Assembly: GCF_000981785.2 (NCBI RefSeq) | Contig: NZ_CP011304.1 | Coordinates: 300,001 to 332,000, forward strand | DNA: 32,000 nucleotides | Direction of reading: 5' to 3' | Origin: Microcystis aeruginosa NIES-2549 | GTDB lineage: Bacteria > Cyanobacteriota > Cyanobacteriia > Cyanobacteriales > Microcystaceae | In this document: piece by piece, positions 1-8,306 of the stretch | Layout of the letters: each line of letters starts with the position of its first letter | How positions within the stretch are numbered: position 1 is the first letter of the stretch | Notes under the pieces: generated by a model | Database searches by the model: none | The model's input: only the letters and a program-made list of their open reading frames with translations | What the model was told of the DNA's origin: nothing | Program-made: the position numbers and the translations under genes

Positions 1-245
1 CTCGGTTTTCCCCGTTCACTGTAGATAAACTCGATTTTTTCGGGACTTATCGCCAAATATGACCCTAAAATCTCGCGTAAACACCCCCTAGCCGCCAAAA
101 AACGCCGCTTGTGTTCGGGAAAATGGTAACGATTAGCTCTAATTATTTCATCTTCCGAGAGCAAAGAAGCCAGTTTTTCTAGTCTATCCCCAGAGGGATC
201 AAGACTGATAAAATAGAGATGAACCTCATCGGTAGATATAAACAT
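1..245 (-). CDS. 4'-phosphopantetheinyl transferase (Sfp/HetI type). Only the N-terminal part is present; the gene runs off the left edge.
   Basis: My own minus-strand translation from the ATG at 245 gives MFISTDEVHLYFISLDPSGDRLEKLASLLSEDEIIRANRYHFPEHKRRFLAARGCLREILGSYLAISPEKIEFIYSERGKP. The LS-x-DE-x-x-RA-x-R[YF]-x-F...R-x-RF...R-x-x-LR-x-IL...GKP pattern is the conserved N-terminal half of Sfp-type PPTases. The ORF track omits it because the window edge truncates it. Confidence 0.7.
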   Translation of the reverse strand, partial: MFISTDEVHLYFISLDPSGDRLEKLASLLSEDEIIRANRYHFPEHKRRFLAARGCLREILGSYLAISPEKIEFIYSERGKP

Positions 246-355
246 TAAACTCAGAAGCTCTCAAATAATTAATTATCGGTAAATTTTACCGTAAAATGAG
301 AATTGCCGATTCAAGAATTTATCCACCTTCTAACTCTTGACTTTGCAGCACACCT

Positions 356-1297
356 ATGAACTTTTTTCATACTGAAGACCATCTCCAACAGTTCGGTACA
401 GATATTTTAGAAACAACTTGGCGAGAATTTCCCCAATTAGCTCAAGAACAAATTGCCCTAACTTGGATAGTATATGATCCTCCCGTTGTCGTCAACACGG
501 GGGGAGCAATTTCTCACGAAGAATTCTGGAAATATTCCCCCCGCGGATTTAGTTATCGCGGACAAGAAAGAACCTATCCTGCCAGTTTAGTTAAATTATT
601 TTATCTAGTAGCAATTCATGAGTGGTTAGAGGGGGGAATGATTCCCGAAAGCACCGAATTAAATCGCGCCATTCGTGACATGATTTTTGACTCTAGTAAT
701 GATGCTACCAGTTTAGTTGTAGATCTGGTTACAGGAACCACTAGCGGTCCAGAAATTGCCGCCAGTCCCTTTGAAACTTGGAAGCAACAACGCAACATAG
801 TTAATCGTTATTTTCAATCCTTAAATTGGCCGGAATTAGCGACAATTAACGTTAATCAAAAAACTTGGTCTGACGGTCCCTATGGACGTGAACGCGCTTT
901 TTTAGGGGAATTAATGGAGAATCGCAATATGTTAACTAGCAATGCAGTGGCGCGTTTAATTCATACTATTATCGGGGGGATTGCGGTTTCTTCCCAACGT
1001 TCCCAGATGATGATGTCTTTACTAAAACGAAGTCTTAATCCTGCTGATTGGACAAGTCAAGGAGATGATACACAAATCTTAGGATTTTTGGGGCAAGGAT
1101 TACCAGAAAATAGTCAAATTTGGTCAAAAGCTGGTTGGACAAGTCAAGTACGTCACGATGCAGCCTATATTGAAATTCCCCATCATACTCCCTATCTCTT
1201 GGTGGTATTTACCGAGGGAAAAGATAACAGTCAAAATCGCTCAATTTTACCTTTTATTTCCCAGAAAGTAGCCGAGAAAATTATGCAGTTTAATTAA
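356..1297 (+). CDS. Class-A beta-lactamase-related serine hydrolase
   Basis: 313-aa ORF carrying the three serine-hydrolase motifs in order: SxxK (PASLVK), SxN (DSSNDATS, like SDNTAAN) and K[TSA]G (SKAGWT). The S-to-SxN spacing is shorter than in canonical class A enzymes. Confidence 0.6.
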   Translation: MNFFHTEDHLQQFGTDILETTWREFPQLAQEQIALTWIVYDPPVVVNTGGAISHEEFWKYSPRGFSYRGQERTYPASLVKLFYLVAIHEWLEGGMIPESTELNRAIRDMIFDSSNDATSLVVDLVTGTTSGPEIAASPFETWKQQRNIVNRYFQSLNWPELATINVNQKTWSDGPYGRERAFLGELMENRNMLTSNAVARLIHTIIGGIAVSSQRSQMMMSLLKRSLNPADWTSQGDDTQILGFLGQGLPENSQIWSKAGWTSQVRHDAAYIEIPHHTPYLLVVFTEGKDNSQNRSILPFISQKVAEKIMQFN

Positions 1298-1537
1298 TTT
1301 AAGCTGTAAGTAGGATGGTTTTCTCTGTCATTGTCAAAAGTGCTAGATAAACATCCTACTGCCATAAACCCTTAAATTTACTGATATTCATCTCAATATA
1401 TAGCTTTTCTGGGATAGATGGGGTTTGTTCTTGCCGCTGAAATACTTGATTAAGTTTAGTCTGTGCTTTACCTTGACGGGAAGGGCTATCACCATTTAAA
1501 CTAACAATAAGTTGTTTTTAAGTATTTCCTCAAATAT

Positions 1538-2887
1538 GTGACTTTCAACCCTCACCATTGTCATAACGAAAGGGAAGTGGAGAGTAAATTAATTGTCCAG
1601 TATTTACTCCCCAAACTAGGCTACAATCCTGAACATTGGTATCAACAAGTTAGCTTCGGTAAAGTCCGCCTAGATTTCCTTGTTTCCGCTCAAAAACCTA
1701 TCAACAAAAAGCAGTTTTTACCCTCTCACTGTCTAATCATCGAGGCTAAAAACCCCAGAGAAAAGCTCATCAATCATTGTCACCGCTTAGGTTATTATCT
1801 CAACTACTTTAAAGTGCAGTGGGGATTATTAACCAATGGTGATGAGATTCAACTTTATCGAAGAAAACCCGATAAAATTTATTTAGTTTTTAGATGTTCT
1901 GGGTTAGAAATTGCCTCTCACTTAGAACAGTTAAAATCTCTGATTGGCTACGAAACTTTATCCCTGGGTATTCCACCGCTTAATTCTCCAACAATCAACC
2001 ACAAAAATCCCATGAAAACCATCGCAATTTATCATCATAAAGGTGGTGTTGGTAAAACCACCGTCGCTACCAATCTAGCGGCAGCCTTGAGTAAAAAAGG
2101 TAAGCGAGTTTTATTAATTGATATTGATGCTCAAGCTAACAGTACTTTTGCCGTTGGTTTAATTAAGTTTCAATTCGATGATGACGATGATTTAAAAGAT
2201 AAAAATGTCTTTCATTTGCTAGATAACAGTAACCGCATTTTTATTGAGAATATCGTCAGAAAGTCTCAAGGATTCAATCATCCCGAAATTGATGTTATTC
2301 CCTCTCACATATCTTTAATTGCTAACCAAGCTAAAATTAAAGATAATGCAGCGGTATTTGCTAGATTGGCAAGAAAATTAGAGAAAGTAAATAATCAATA
2401 CGATATTGTAATTATTGATGCACCTCCCGCACTTGATTTATATGCACGCATTGCTTTAATTGCAGCTGACTATCTAATAATTCCTTCAGATCTTAAACCA
2501 TTTTCTAATCAAGGATTAGATAGCGTTAAAAACTTTGTTCAAGAGGAAATAAATGAAAGTCGTGGAGATTTGGGTAAACCAACCCTACAAATTTTAGGCG
2601 TTTTACCTTCCAAAATTTCCACCCACGCTCAATACTTAAAATATAATTTCCCCAAACAAAAACAAGTGATTCCAGACAAGTATGGTTTACCCTTGATGGA
2701 ATCAATTATCTCGGAAAGAATGCCTTTATCTCGCTGTATAAATCAATACGTTACCGTGGGAGATTTAGAAATTCCTGCTCCCCAATCTATAATCGATTAT
2801 GCGGAACATCAAGCTGATGCGGGAGTATCAGCAGCAGAATTTGAAGCCTTAGCACTGGAAGTTTTAGCTAAAATAGGAGTTAAATAA
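1538..2887 (+). CDS. Fusion protein: N-terminal HsdR_N-like PD-(D/E)XK domain plus C-terminal ParA/Soj-type deviant Walker ATPase
   Basis: 449-aa ORF with a GTG start. Residues 1-~125 (nt 1538-1912) match the type I restriction enzyme R N-terminal pattern: E-x-x-V-x-x-x-L-I-x-x-L-L-x-x-LGY, D46 in RLDF, E69-A-K71 in IIEAK, and LLTNGDEIQLY. Residues 159-449 (nt 2012-2884) are ParA-like: MKTIAIYHHKGGVGKTTVATNLAAAL (KGGxGKT deviant Walker A), LLIDIDAQANST and VIIDAPP (Walker B). Confidence 0.8.
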   Translation: MTFNPHHCHNEREVESKLIVQYLLPKLGYNPEHWYQQVSFGKVRLDFLVSAQKPINKKQFLPSHCLIIEAKNPREKLINHCHRLGYYLNYFKVQWGLLTNGDEIQLYRRKPDKIYLVFRCSGLEIASHLEQLKSLIGYETLSLGIPPLNSPTINHKNPMKTIAIYHHKGGVGKTTVATNLAAALSKKGKRVLLIDIDAQANSTFAVGLIKFQFDDDDDLKDKNVFHLLDNSNRIFIENIVRKSQGFNHPEIDVIPSHISLIANQAKIKDNAAVFARLARKLEKVNNQYDIVIIDAPPALDLYARIALIAADYLIIPSDLKPFSNQGLDSVKNFVQEEINESRGDLGKPTLQILGVLPSKISTHAQYLKYNFPKQKQVIPDKYGLPLMESIISERMPLSRCINQYVTVGDLEIPAPQSIIDYAEHQADAGVSAAEFEALALEVLAKIGVK

Positions 2888-3571
2888 ATGTGTAAATTTT
2901 TACGAGTCGATATTACTGATATTAATCCTTCTCTTCCCAGAGAAACCTTCTCTGAAACTGAATTGGAGAATTTAGCCAATCTTATTATTGAAATGGGTGG
3001 ACTTATTCGCCCTGCTATTCTCAAAAAAGCTGATAATAAAAAAGTTGATGAACGTTATAATATTATCAGTGGAGATTTAGAATATTATGCTTCTGTCATC
3101 GCCAATCAGAAAGTTCCTGACATCGAGATGATTAACGCTTTTGTAGTTGATAAAGAAGCGGAGAATATCGCTTTAAAGCAAATAAAGTTATTATCTCCTT
3201 CTCCTGGGTTAATTACCACGCCTGAAAAAACAGATAATCCTCTAGAATTGAGGGTGAGTAATCTTGAAAAACGATTAGAAACCCAGTTACAAGCAATCCG
3301 AGAGGAGTACCAAAAAGAAATCAAAAGACTGGAAGAAAAAATTATTATTTCTCCTCCTCCTCCTGCTTCTCCTCCTTCTAAGTCGATTTTAGAGCTTTTG
3401 AATAGCTGTGATGCTAATCAACTTAAAAAAGCGGGAATAAATAAAACAGTTACTGGAAATTTTCTAAAGGAGAAGCCCTTTATTTCTCTTAATGATATCA
3501 CTGATCGAGTAGATAAAATGGGAGAAAAAACTTTGATCAAATTAATGGATTATTTGCTGACTTCTAATTGA
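2888..3571 (+). CDS. Atypical ParB N-terminal-domain protein with coiled coil, Pro-rich linker and C-terminal ComEA-like helix-hairpin-helix
   Basis: The ATG directly abuts the upstream TAA (taaATG). The N-terminal stretch VDITDINPSLPRETFSETELENLANLIIEMGGLIRPAIL...YNIISGDLEYYASVIA follows the ParB/Srx N-domain pattern, but the GERRxRA arginine patch is replaced by GDLEYYA. Residues 118-155 are heptad-like (LEKRLETQLQAIREEYQKEIKRLEEK), followed by PPPPASPPS. The C-terminal LNSCDANQLKKAGINKTV...LNDITDRVDKMGEKTLIKLMDYL resembles tandem HhH (ComEA-type). Confidence 0.65.
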   Translation: MCKFLRVDITDINPSLPRETFSETELENLANLIIEMGGLIRPAILKKADNKKVDERYNIISGDLEYYASVIANQKVPDIEMINAFVVDKEAENIALKQIKLLSPSPGLITTPEKTDNPLELRVSNLEKRLETQLQAIREEYQKEIKRLEEKIIISPPPPASPPSKSILELLNSCDANQLKKAGINKTVTGNFLKEKPFISLNDITDRVDKMGEKTLIKLMDYLLTSN

Positions 3572-3697
3572 TTTTTGTGGGTGTGTTGAGCTACTTTAAC
3601 ACACCCTACCGATGGATGTTATAATAATGGAAGATTAGGAAAAAATTCTGATCCGATAGTGGGCAAAAATTAACTAGAGGGTGAAAAGAGAAAACTT

Positions 3698-4390
3698 ATG
3701 ACAACTACCCCAGTAATAGCTGATTCTTTAACAATTCCTCCCCTAGAAAACGGCGATAAATTAACTCGATGGGAATTTGAACGACGTTATCAAGGGATGC
3801 CCCATCTCAAAAAAGCGGAATTAATTGAAGGAATTGTTTATATGGCATCTCCCTTGAGAATTACCCAACATGGTGAACCCCACGCGCATATTATGTTATG
3901 GTTGGGTTTTTATAAAGCTTTTACCCCCTATCTGCAATTAGGGGATAATTGCACCGTGAGATTAGATATTGATAACGAACCCCAACCGGATGCCCTATTA
4001 AGAATTGATAAGGGAGGACAATCGACAATTAGTCAAGATGATTATGTAGAAGGCGCGCCGGAATTAATTGTCGAAATTGCCGCTTCCAGTGCTTCCTACG
4101 ATGTTCATCAAAAATTAAATGTTTACCGTCGCAATCAAGTCCAAGAATATCTAGTCTGGCGGTTTTATGAACAAGAAATTGATTGGTTTCGGCTACAGGC
4201 AGGAGAATATATTCAACTAGAACCCCATAGTGATGCCATAATGCGCTCCCAAATCTTCCCCGGTTTATGGCTGGATAAAAACGCTTTATTAATGGGCGAC
4301 TTAGGAAAAGTTTTAGTTATTTTGCAGCGGGGGTTAGAGACAACAGAACATCGAGATTTTGTCAATAAATTAACTGCCAATCACAGCTAA
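3698..4390 (+). CDS. Uma2-family (DUF820) PD-(D/E)XK endonuclease
   Basis: 230-aa ORF with the Uma2 pattern: AELIEGIVYMASP, QPDALLRI, APELIVEIAASSASYD..K...Y....V.EYLVW. This family is highly expanded in cyanobacteria. Confidence 0.8.
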   Translation: MTTTPVIADSLTIPPLENGDKLTRWEFERRYQGMPHLKKAELIEGIVYMASPLRITQHGEPHAHIMLWLGFYKAFTPYLQLGDNCTVRLDIDNEPQPDALLRIDKGGQSTISQDDYVEGAPELIVEIAASSASYDVHQKLNVYRRNQVQEYLVWRFYEQEIDWFRLQAGEYIQLEPHSDAIMRSQIFPGLWLDKNALLMGDLGKVLVILQRGLETTEHRDFVNKLTANHS

Positions 4391-4456
4391 ATTTTAAAAT
4401 TAGACAATTATTCTTGCTCCCCTCTCCTAAGTAGATAGGTGTTAAAAATTGTCACA

Positions 4457-4650
4457 TCCCCCTTATTAAGGCGGGATTAAGGGGGCAGGGGAGGATCGAA
4501 ACCAAAATCTATCTTCAATTTAATTGAAACCACTTACTTAATACCATGTATGACACACTTTTTGAAAAATGGTATAAGCCAACACAGATTTAGACATTTT
4601 AAACCAGTGAAAAGCCACCCTTGATAAGGGGCTTTGATCCTCCCAACCCC
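4457..4650. repeat. Small dispersed-repeat / MITE-like block in a convergent intergenic region
   Basis: Short palindromic G/C-capped units (cccccttattaagg..ttaaggggg at 4457-4485; cccttgataaggg at 4617-4630). There is also an imperfect inverted pair, gggggcaggggaggatcgaaa (4481-4501) versus ctttgatcctcccaacccc (4632-4650). It resembles the small mobile repeats described in cyanobacterial genomes. No ORF is present. Confidence 0.3.
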
Positions 4651-4678
4651 GGCTGCCGCAAATACGGCGGCGAGGATG

Positions 4679-6196
4679 TTAGGTCTTACTCCACTCGATT
4701 AAAGCGCTAGTCAATCCTTCTAGGGTGTATTCTTGCGCCTCGATATCAACACGACCAAATAACTCTTGACAGGTTTTTGAAGTTTGCGGACCAATAGAAG
4801 CCAGACAAACTTTTTCTAAGAGGGAATTAACCGATAATTCTGCCGTTTCTTGTCGCAATAACTGATAAAAATTCTGGACGGTTTTGGAACTGGCAAAGGT
4901 GACTATATCGACTTTCCCATCTCGAAACGCTTCCCAGATGCCACTATCCATGCGTGCCGGACATCCGGAATAATATGCGGCCACTTCCGTCACCTGACCG
5001 GCTTTGGCCGTTAATTCCTTAACTAATATCTCTCTGCCTCCCGTTTCCACGCGAGGAAAGAGGAATTTTTGCCCCCTAATCGGGTCGGGAAACTCGTTTA
5101 CCAAGGCATCGGCGACAAAATCCCCCGGGATAAAATCCGCTTTTAATCCCCGTGAGTGCAAAACTTGGCTGGTTTTTTTGCCCACCACGGCGATTTTTAC
5201 GGTCGCTAAAGCCCTAGCATCTTTTCCCCAAAATGTCAAGCGATCGAAGAAAAAATTAACAGCATTGGCAGAAGTTAAAATCAGCCAATCAAACTCTTTT
5301 AACTGAGCGATGGCATCGTCTAAACCTTGCCAACTGTCGGGGGGACGAATCTCTAAAGCGGGCATTTCCAGGACTTCTGCGCCTTGATTTTGCAAAATTT
5401 CGCTAAATTGACTCGTTTGCTCGGCGGCACGGGTAATAACAATAGTTTTACCGCCTAGGGGTGGGGGAGAAGACATAATCGCCAGATCCACAACTTGACC
5501 AATGACCATAATAGAGGGTGAGAGGGACACCCCGGCGGTTTGAGCGAGAATATTTTCTAAAGTGCCGCGCCAAATTTTTTGATCCTTGCGTCCCGCCTGA
5601 CGGATAATAGCGATCGAGTCGTCAATATTCCGCCCATTTTGGTATAATTTCTCGATAATTTGCCCTAAAGACTGACCGGCCATCAATAGCACAAGTGTAT
5701 CAATTTTAGCTAAGGCTGACCAATCGAGAGACTCGGTATCGTGAGCGCTCAAGACCGCAAAACAGCGACTAATATCCTTTTCGGTCAGGGGAATTCCGGC
5801 CAATAAAGGAGCGGCTAAAGCGGAGGAAATACCGGTTATCAGTTCAAAATCACAGCCAGCCTGCTTTAAGGCTAACATTTCAGGATATACTCGCCCAAAA
5901 ACCCCCGGATCACCACTTTTAAGCCGAATAACTCGTTTTCCCTCTTGACAATAATTAACCAGTATCCGATTAATCTGATTCTGCTCGGCCCCGGGTTGTC
6001 CCCCCCGTTTGCCTACATCGACTAAAACACAGGTTTTTGGCACTAGGGAGAAGATTTGACTATCCACTAGGGCATCGTACAGCAAAACCTCGGCCGTGGC
6101 TAAAATTGCTCGCGCTTGCAGGGTGAGAAAACTGCTCTGACCGATTCCCGCACCGAGAAGATAAACTTTACCCCGGGGATGGACGACTGCTGACAT
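4679..6196 (-). CDS. cobA: Bifunctional uroporphyrinogen-III C-methyltransferase / uroporphyrinogen-III synthase (CobA-HemD fusion)
   Basis: 505 aa. The N-terminal ~245 aa are SUMT-like (VYLLGAGIGQSSFLTLQA...VLLYDALV, RLKSGDPGVFGR). The C-terminal ~250 aa are HemD-like (GKTIVITRA...DWLILTSANAV...IAVVGKKT...ASIGPQT). Confidence 0.85.
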   Translation of the reverse strand: MSAVVHPRGKVYLLGAGIGQSSFLTLQARAILATAEVLLYDALVDSQIFSLVPKTCVLVDVGKRGGQPGAEQNQINRILVNYCQEGKRVIRLKSGDPGVFGRVYPEMLALKQAGCDFELITGISSALAAPLLAGIPLTEKDISRCFAVLSAHDTESLDWSALAKIDTLVLLMAGQSLGQIIEKLYQNGRNIDDSIAIIRQAGRKDQKIWRGTLENILAQTAGVSLSPSIMVIGQVVDLAIMSSPPPLGGKTIVITRAAEQTSQFSEILQNQGAEVLEMPALEIRPPDSWQGLDDAIAQLKEFDWLILTSANAVNFFFDRLTFWGKDARALATVKIAVVGKKTSQVLHSRGLKADFIPGDFVADALVNEFPDPIRGQKFLFPRVETGGREILVKELTAKAGQVTEVAAYYSGCPARMDSGIWEAFRDGKVDIVTFASSKTVQNFYQLLRQETAELSVNSLLEKVCLASIGPQTSKTCQELFGRVDIEAQEYTLEGLTSALIEWSKT

Positions 6197-6249
6197 AATC
6201 GCAAATTTGGGTTTAATCTTTAATCTAGCACTGGAGAAGATACAAATTA

Positions 6250-7167
6250 CTAGCGCAACAAGGGCAGCAGTAAAGTGACGAAATAATATACTAGGGGAGC
6301 GGTGAACACATAACTATCAGTGCGATCGAGTATACCACCGTGACCGGGGATTAACTGCCCGGAATCCTTGACCCCGGCATCGCGTTTCATCATCGATTCG
6401 GTCAAATCGCCCAATAAACTGACAATACCAATTAATAAGCCTAAAATTAAGCCCGTCAGCTGCCAATAGGGCCAATCTAAATACCAAGCACCCAAATCGG
6501 CCACCGCTATACTGCCTAAAATGCCAAAAAAGGAACCTTCCACGGTTTTTTTGGGACTAATCAGCGATAAAATGGTTTTCCCTAACCATTTTCCCATGAT
6601 ATAGGCTCCGATATCGGCGGCCCAAATGCAACCGAAAGCTAGAAAAGTCACCGTCAAAGCGGCCGGGAATAATTTCGGTTCCATCCAGGATTCCGGCCAA
6701 TATCCCATCAGGGGTAAGTTACTGGCCATAGCCACGGGACCACTTTCGGGAGAAAAACCGACGCGTAAACGAATCCAATAACTGGGTAAGTAACCACCGT
6801 AAAACAGACCGAGAATTGAGGTGGAAATATCGGCAATTGTCGCCATTTTTGGCTGAAAGAGCAGATAAAAACAAATTAACGCCCCAGCCAGGGGAAACAT
6901 GGCATCGGTGAGGGGGGCTGCCATAGTTGCCGTCAGCAGTAATAATTGTGAAACTACAAGAGTGGTTTTAGCGGCCGGTTCAATGCCTTTAGCGCGAACT
7001 AAGCGAAAATACTCTAATTGTCCCAAAAAGACGATAACACCGATGCCGAGGGTGAAATACCAACCCCCAACGATAATAATTCCCAGTGCGAAGGCAATAG
7101 CAAAAATAGCGCTGACAATGCGTGGCCAAGGCATGGTTAATCCAGAGAAGTTAGGCGGCATTGTCAT
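6250..7167 (-). CDS. cdsA: Phosphatidate cytidylyltransferase
   Basis: Polytopic membrane ORF with the CdsA signature SMMKRDAGVKDSGQLIPGHGGILDRTDS. The start is uncertain. The ORF is open to 7209, and in-frame ATGs lie at 7167, 7161 and 7134 (the last gives MPWPRIVSAI, which resembles homologue N-termini). Confidence 0.85.
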   Translation of the reverse strand: MTMPPNFSGLTMPWPRIVSAIFAIAFALGIIIVGGWYFTLGIGVIVFLGQLEYFRLVRAKGIEPAAKTTLVVSQLLLLTATMAAPLTDAMFPLAGALICFYLLFQPKMATIADISTSILGLFYGGYLPSYWIRLRVGFSPESGPVAMASNLPLMGYWPESWMEPKLFPAALTVTFLAFGCIWAADIGAYIMGKWLGKTILSLISPKKTVEGSFFGILGSIAVADLGAWYLDWPYWQLTGLILGLLIGIVSLLGDLTESMMKRDAGVKDSGQLIPGHGGILDRTDSYVFTAPLVYYFVTLLLPLLR

Positions 7168-7209
7168 AATTATATAGATTAAGAAAACTTTATGGAAGGT
7201 TATCCACAA

Positions 7210-7800
7210 TTAAAGTTTATCGCCGCTCAGGATAAACATGGGATCAACGGCGGCAAAAACTTGGTGAATACCCCTAGTTTCTAGGCGATTTACTGCCGCT
7301 TGGACAATCTCGATATTACGCGCCTGTAAATTAGAAAAGCCTTCGGAAAATTGATAGAGGGTTTCTAAATTATTGGCCGTAGCCACGATGCGGCCGTTGG
7401 GTTTCAGGTATTGCCACACTTCTTGCAGAACCGATTTAATCGGTTTGCCGCCCTCGATACAGACGCGATCGGGTGCGAGGGATATATTGGGCAGACAATC
7501 GGGTGCGCTGCCTTCAAAAACCGTAACATTTTTTACCCCAAAGCGATCGCAATTACGGCGGATTAAACTGGCCACTTCTTCATCCCTTTCAATAGCAATA
7601 ATCGGACTATTGGGGCATAATAAGCCAATTTCAACGGGAATAGTGCCGGTTCCTGCGCCTATATCCCAGAAAACCCCCCCATCACCTAACCGCAAAGCGG
7701 AAATCATCAATAATCTCACCTCGCGTTTACTCAGGGGAATCCCGGGCAAACGTTCAAACAATTCATCGGGAATACCGGGGGTTTTATATAACCAAGTCAT
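7210..7800 (-). CDS. cbiT: Precorrin-6Y C5,15-methyltransferase (decarboxylating), CbiT subunit
   Basis: 196 aa. PGIPDELFERLPGIPLSKREVRLL at the N-terminus and the SAM-binding DIGAGTGTIPVE motif are typical of stand-alone CbiT. Confidence 0.8.
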   Translation of the reverse strand: MTWLYKTPGIPDELFERLPGIPLSKREVRLLMISALRLGDGGVFWDIGAGTGTIPVEIGLLCPNSPIIAIERDEEVASLIRRNCDRFGVKNVTVFEGSAPDCLPNISLAPDRVCIEGGKPIKSVLQEVWQYLKPNGRIVATANNLETLYQFSEGFSNLQARNIEIVQAAVNRLETRGIHQVFAAVDPMFILSGDKL

Positions 7801-7903
7801 GGGGAATCAATTATCGAGAAGCTTCACTAGCAAGCATTATTATATAAGTCTGTCAAATTTTCTTTATTAAGTAAACAGGGACTTTTCTCGGCATAAAACC
7901 CTG

Positions 7904-7934
7904 ATTATAGCTCTAAAAAGCTATTGTCTGTCAA
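7904..7934 (-). promoter_or_regulatory. Candidate sigma70-type promoter for cbiT
   Basis: The minus strand reads TTGACA (7934-7929), a 19-nt spacer, then TATAAT (7909-7904), about 100 nt upstream of the cbiT ATG. Both hexamers are perfect but the spacer is long. Confidence 0.25.
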
Positions 7935-8306
7935 TAAGCTAAGACGTATTTTAACCCCCGATCCTTAGATTAGGTCAATCTCTCCCAATCCTTTTACTGT
8001 TGCAAGACTGCCACAGTCCCTCATCTCAACAAGCAATTTAAATAGGCGGGCAGCTGATCTTAATGATGAGATAGGAAGTTTTTGTTTTGGTGGGTCAGTC
8101 CTCCGTCGTCAACACCAAATTACGTTACACTTCATCTTTATGAGAAAGGCCGTCATGATCCTTTTTCTTAAGCATAGATTTTCCTAATCAATTTCTTTGG
8201 GTATTGTCTATCAAATGTTACTAAATACTCTGGCTATTCAACCTTCTTAGCATCTGTCAGCCAAAAACCATAGACTAACTCCTGTTTGAGCAACTATAAC
8301 TCTATC

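Noticed and set aside
616-798. Track ORFs lying antisense or out of frame inside well-supported genes. Examples: 616-798, 2809-3024, 3106-3324, 5004-5306, 6899-7177, 7373-7870, 12017-12262, 14437-14649, 14695-14907, 15001-15210, 15999-16187, 17411-17596, 18561-18749, 22394-23050 (several), 24954-25178, 27133-27826 (several), 28532-28744, 31303-31512, 11187-11369 and 11775-11960.
   Set aside because: Each is fully nested in a longer ORF that has clear family motifs. Their translations are low-complexity or compositionally odd and show no recognisable motifs. They are treated as shadow ORFs.
2012-2887. Reading the ParA gene as a standard stand-alone ParA starting at the internal MKTIAIY methionine
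   Set aside because: The upstream 158 codons are in frame and uninterrupted, and they have a specific HsdR_N/PD-(D/E)XK motif pattern. The fusion reading is preferred, but the internal start remains a formal alternative.
3579-3606. 9-bp-stem hairpin gggtgtgtt-N10-aacacaccc just after the ParB-like gene, as an intrinsic terminator
   Set aside because: No U-tract follows on either strand; a T-run precedes it on the + strand. It may still pause or terminate transcription, but it does not meet the canonical criteria.
7801-8285. Cobalamin riboswitch upstream of cbiT in the 485-bp intergenic region
   Set aside because: I read both strands for the B12-box (AGYCMGGnGACCkGCC-like) and the GCCACTG core. 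Only partial chance matches were found (gccacagt, ggtcagtcc), with no consistent surrounding helices. The region's function remains unassigned.
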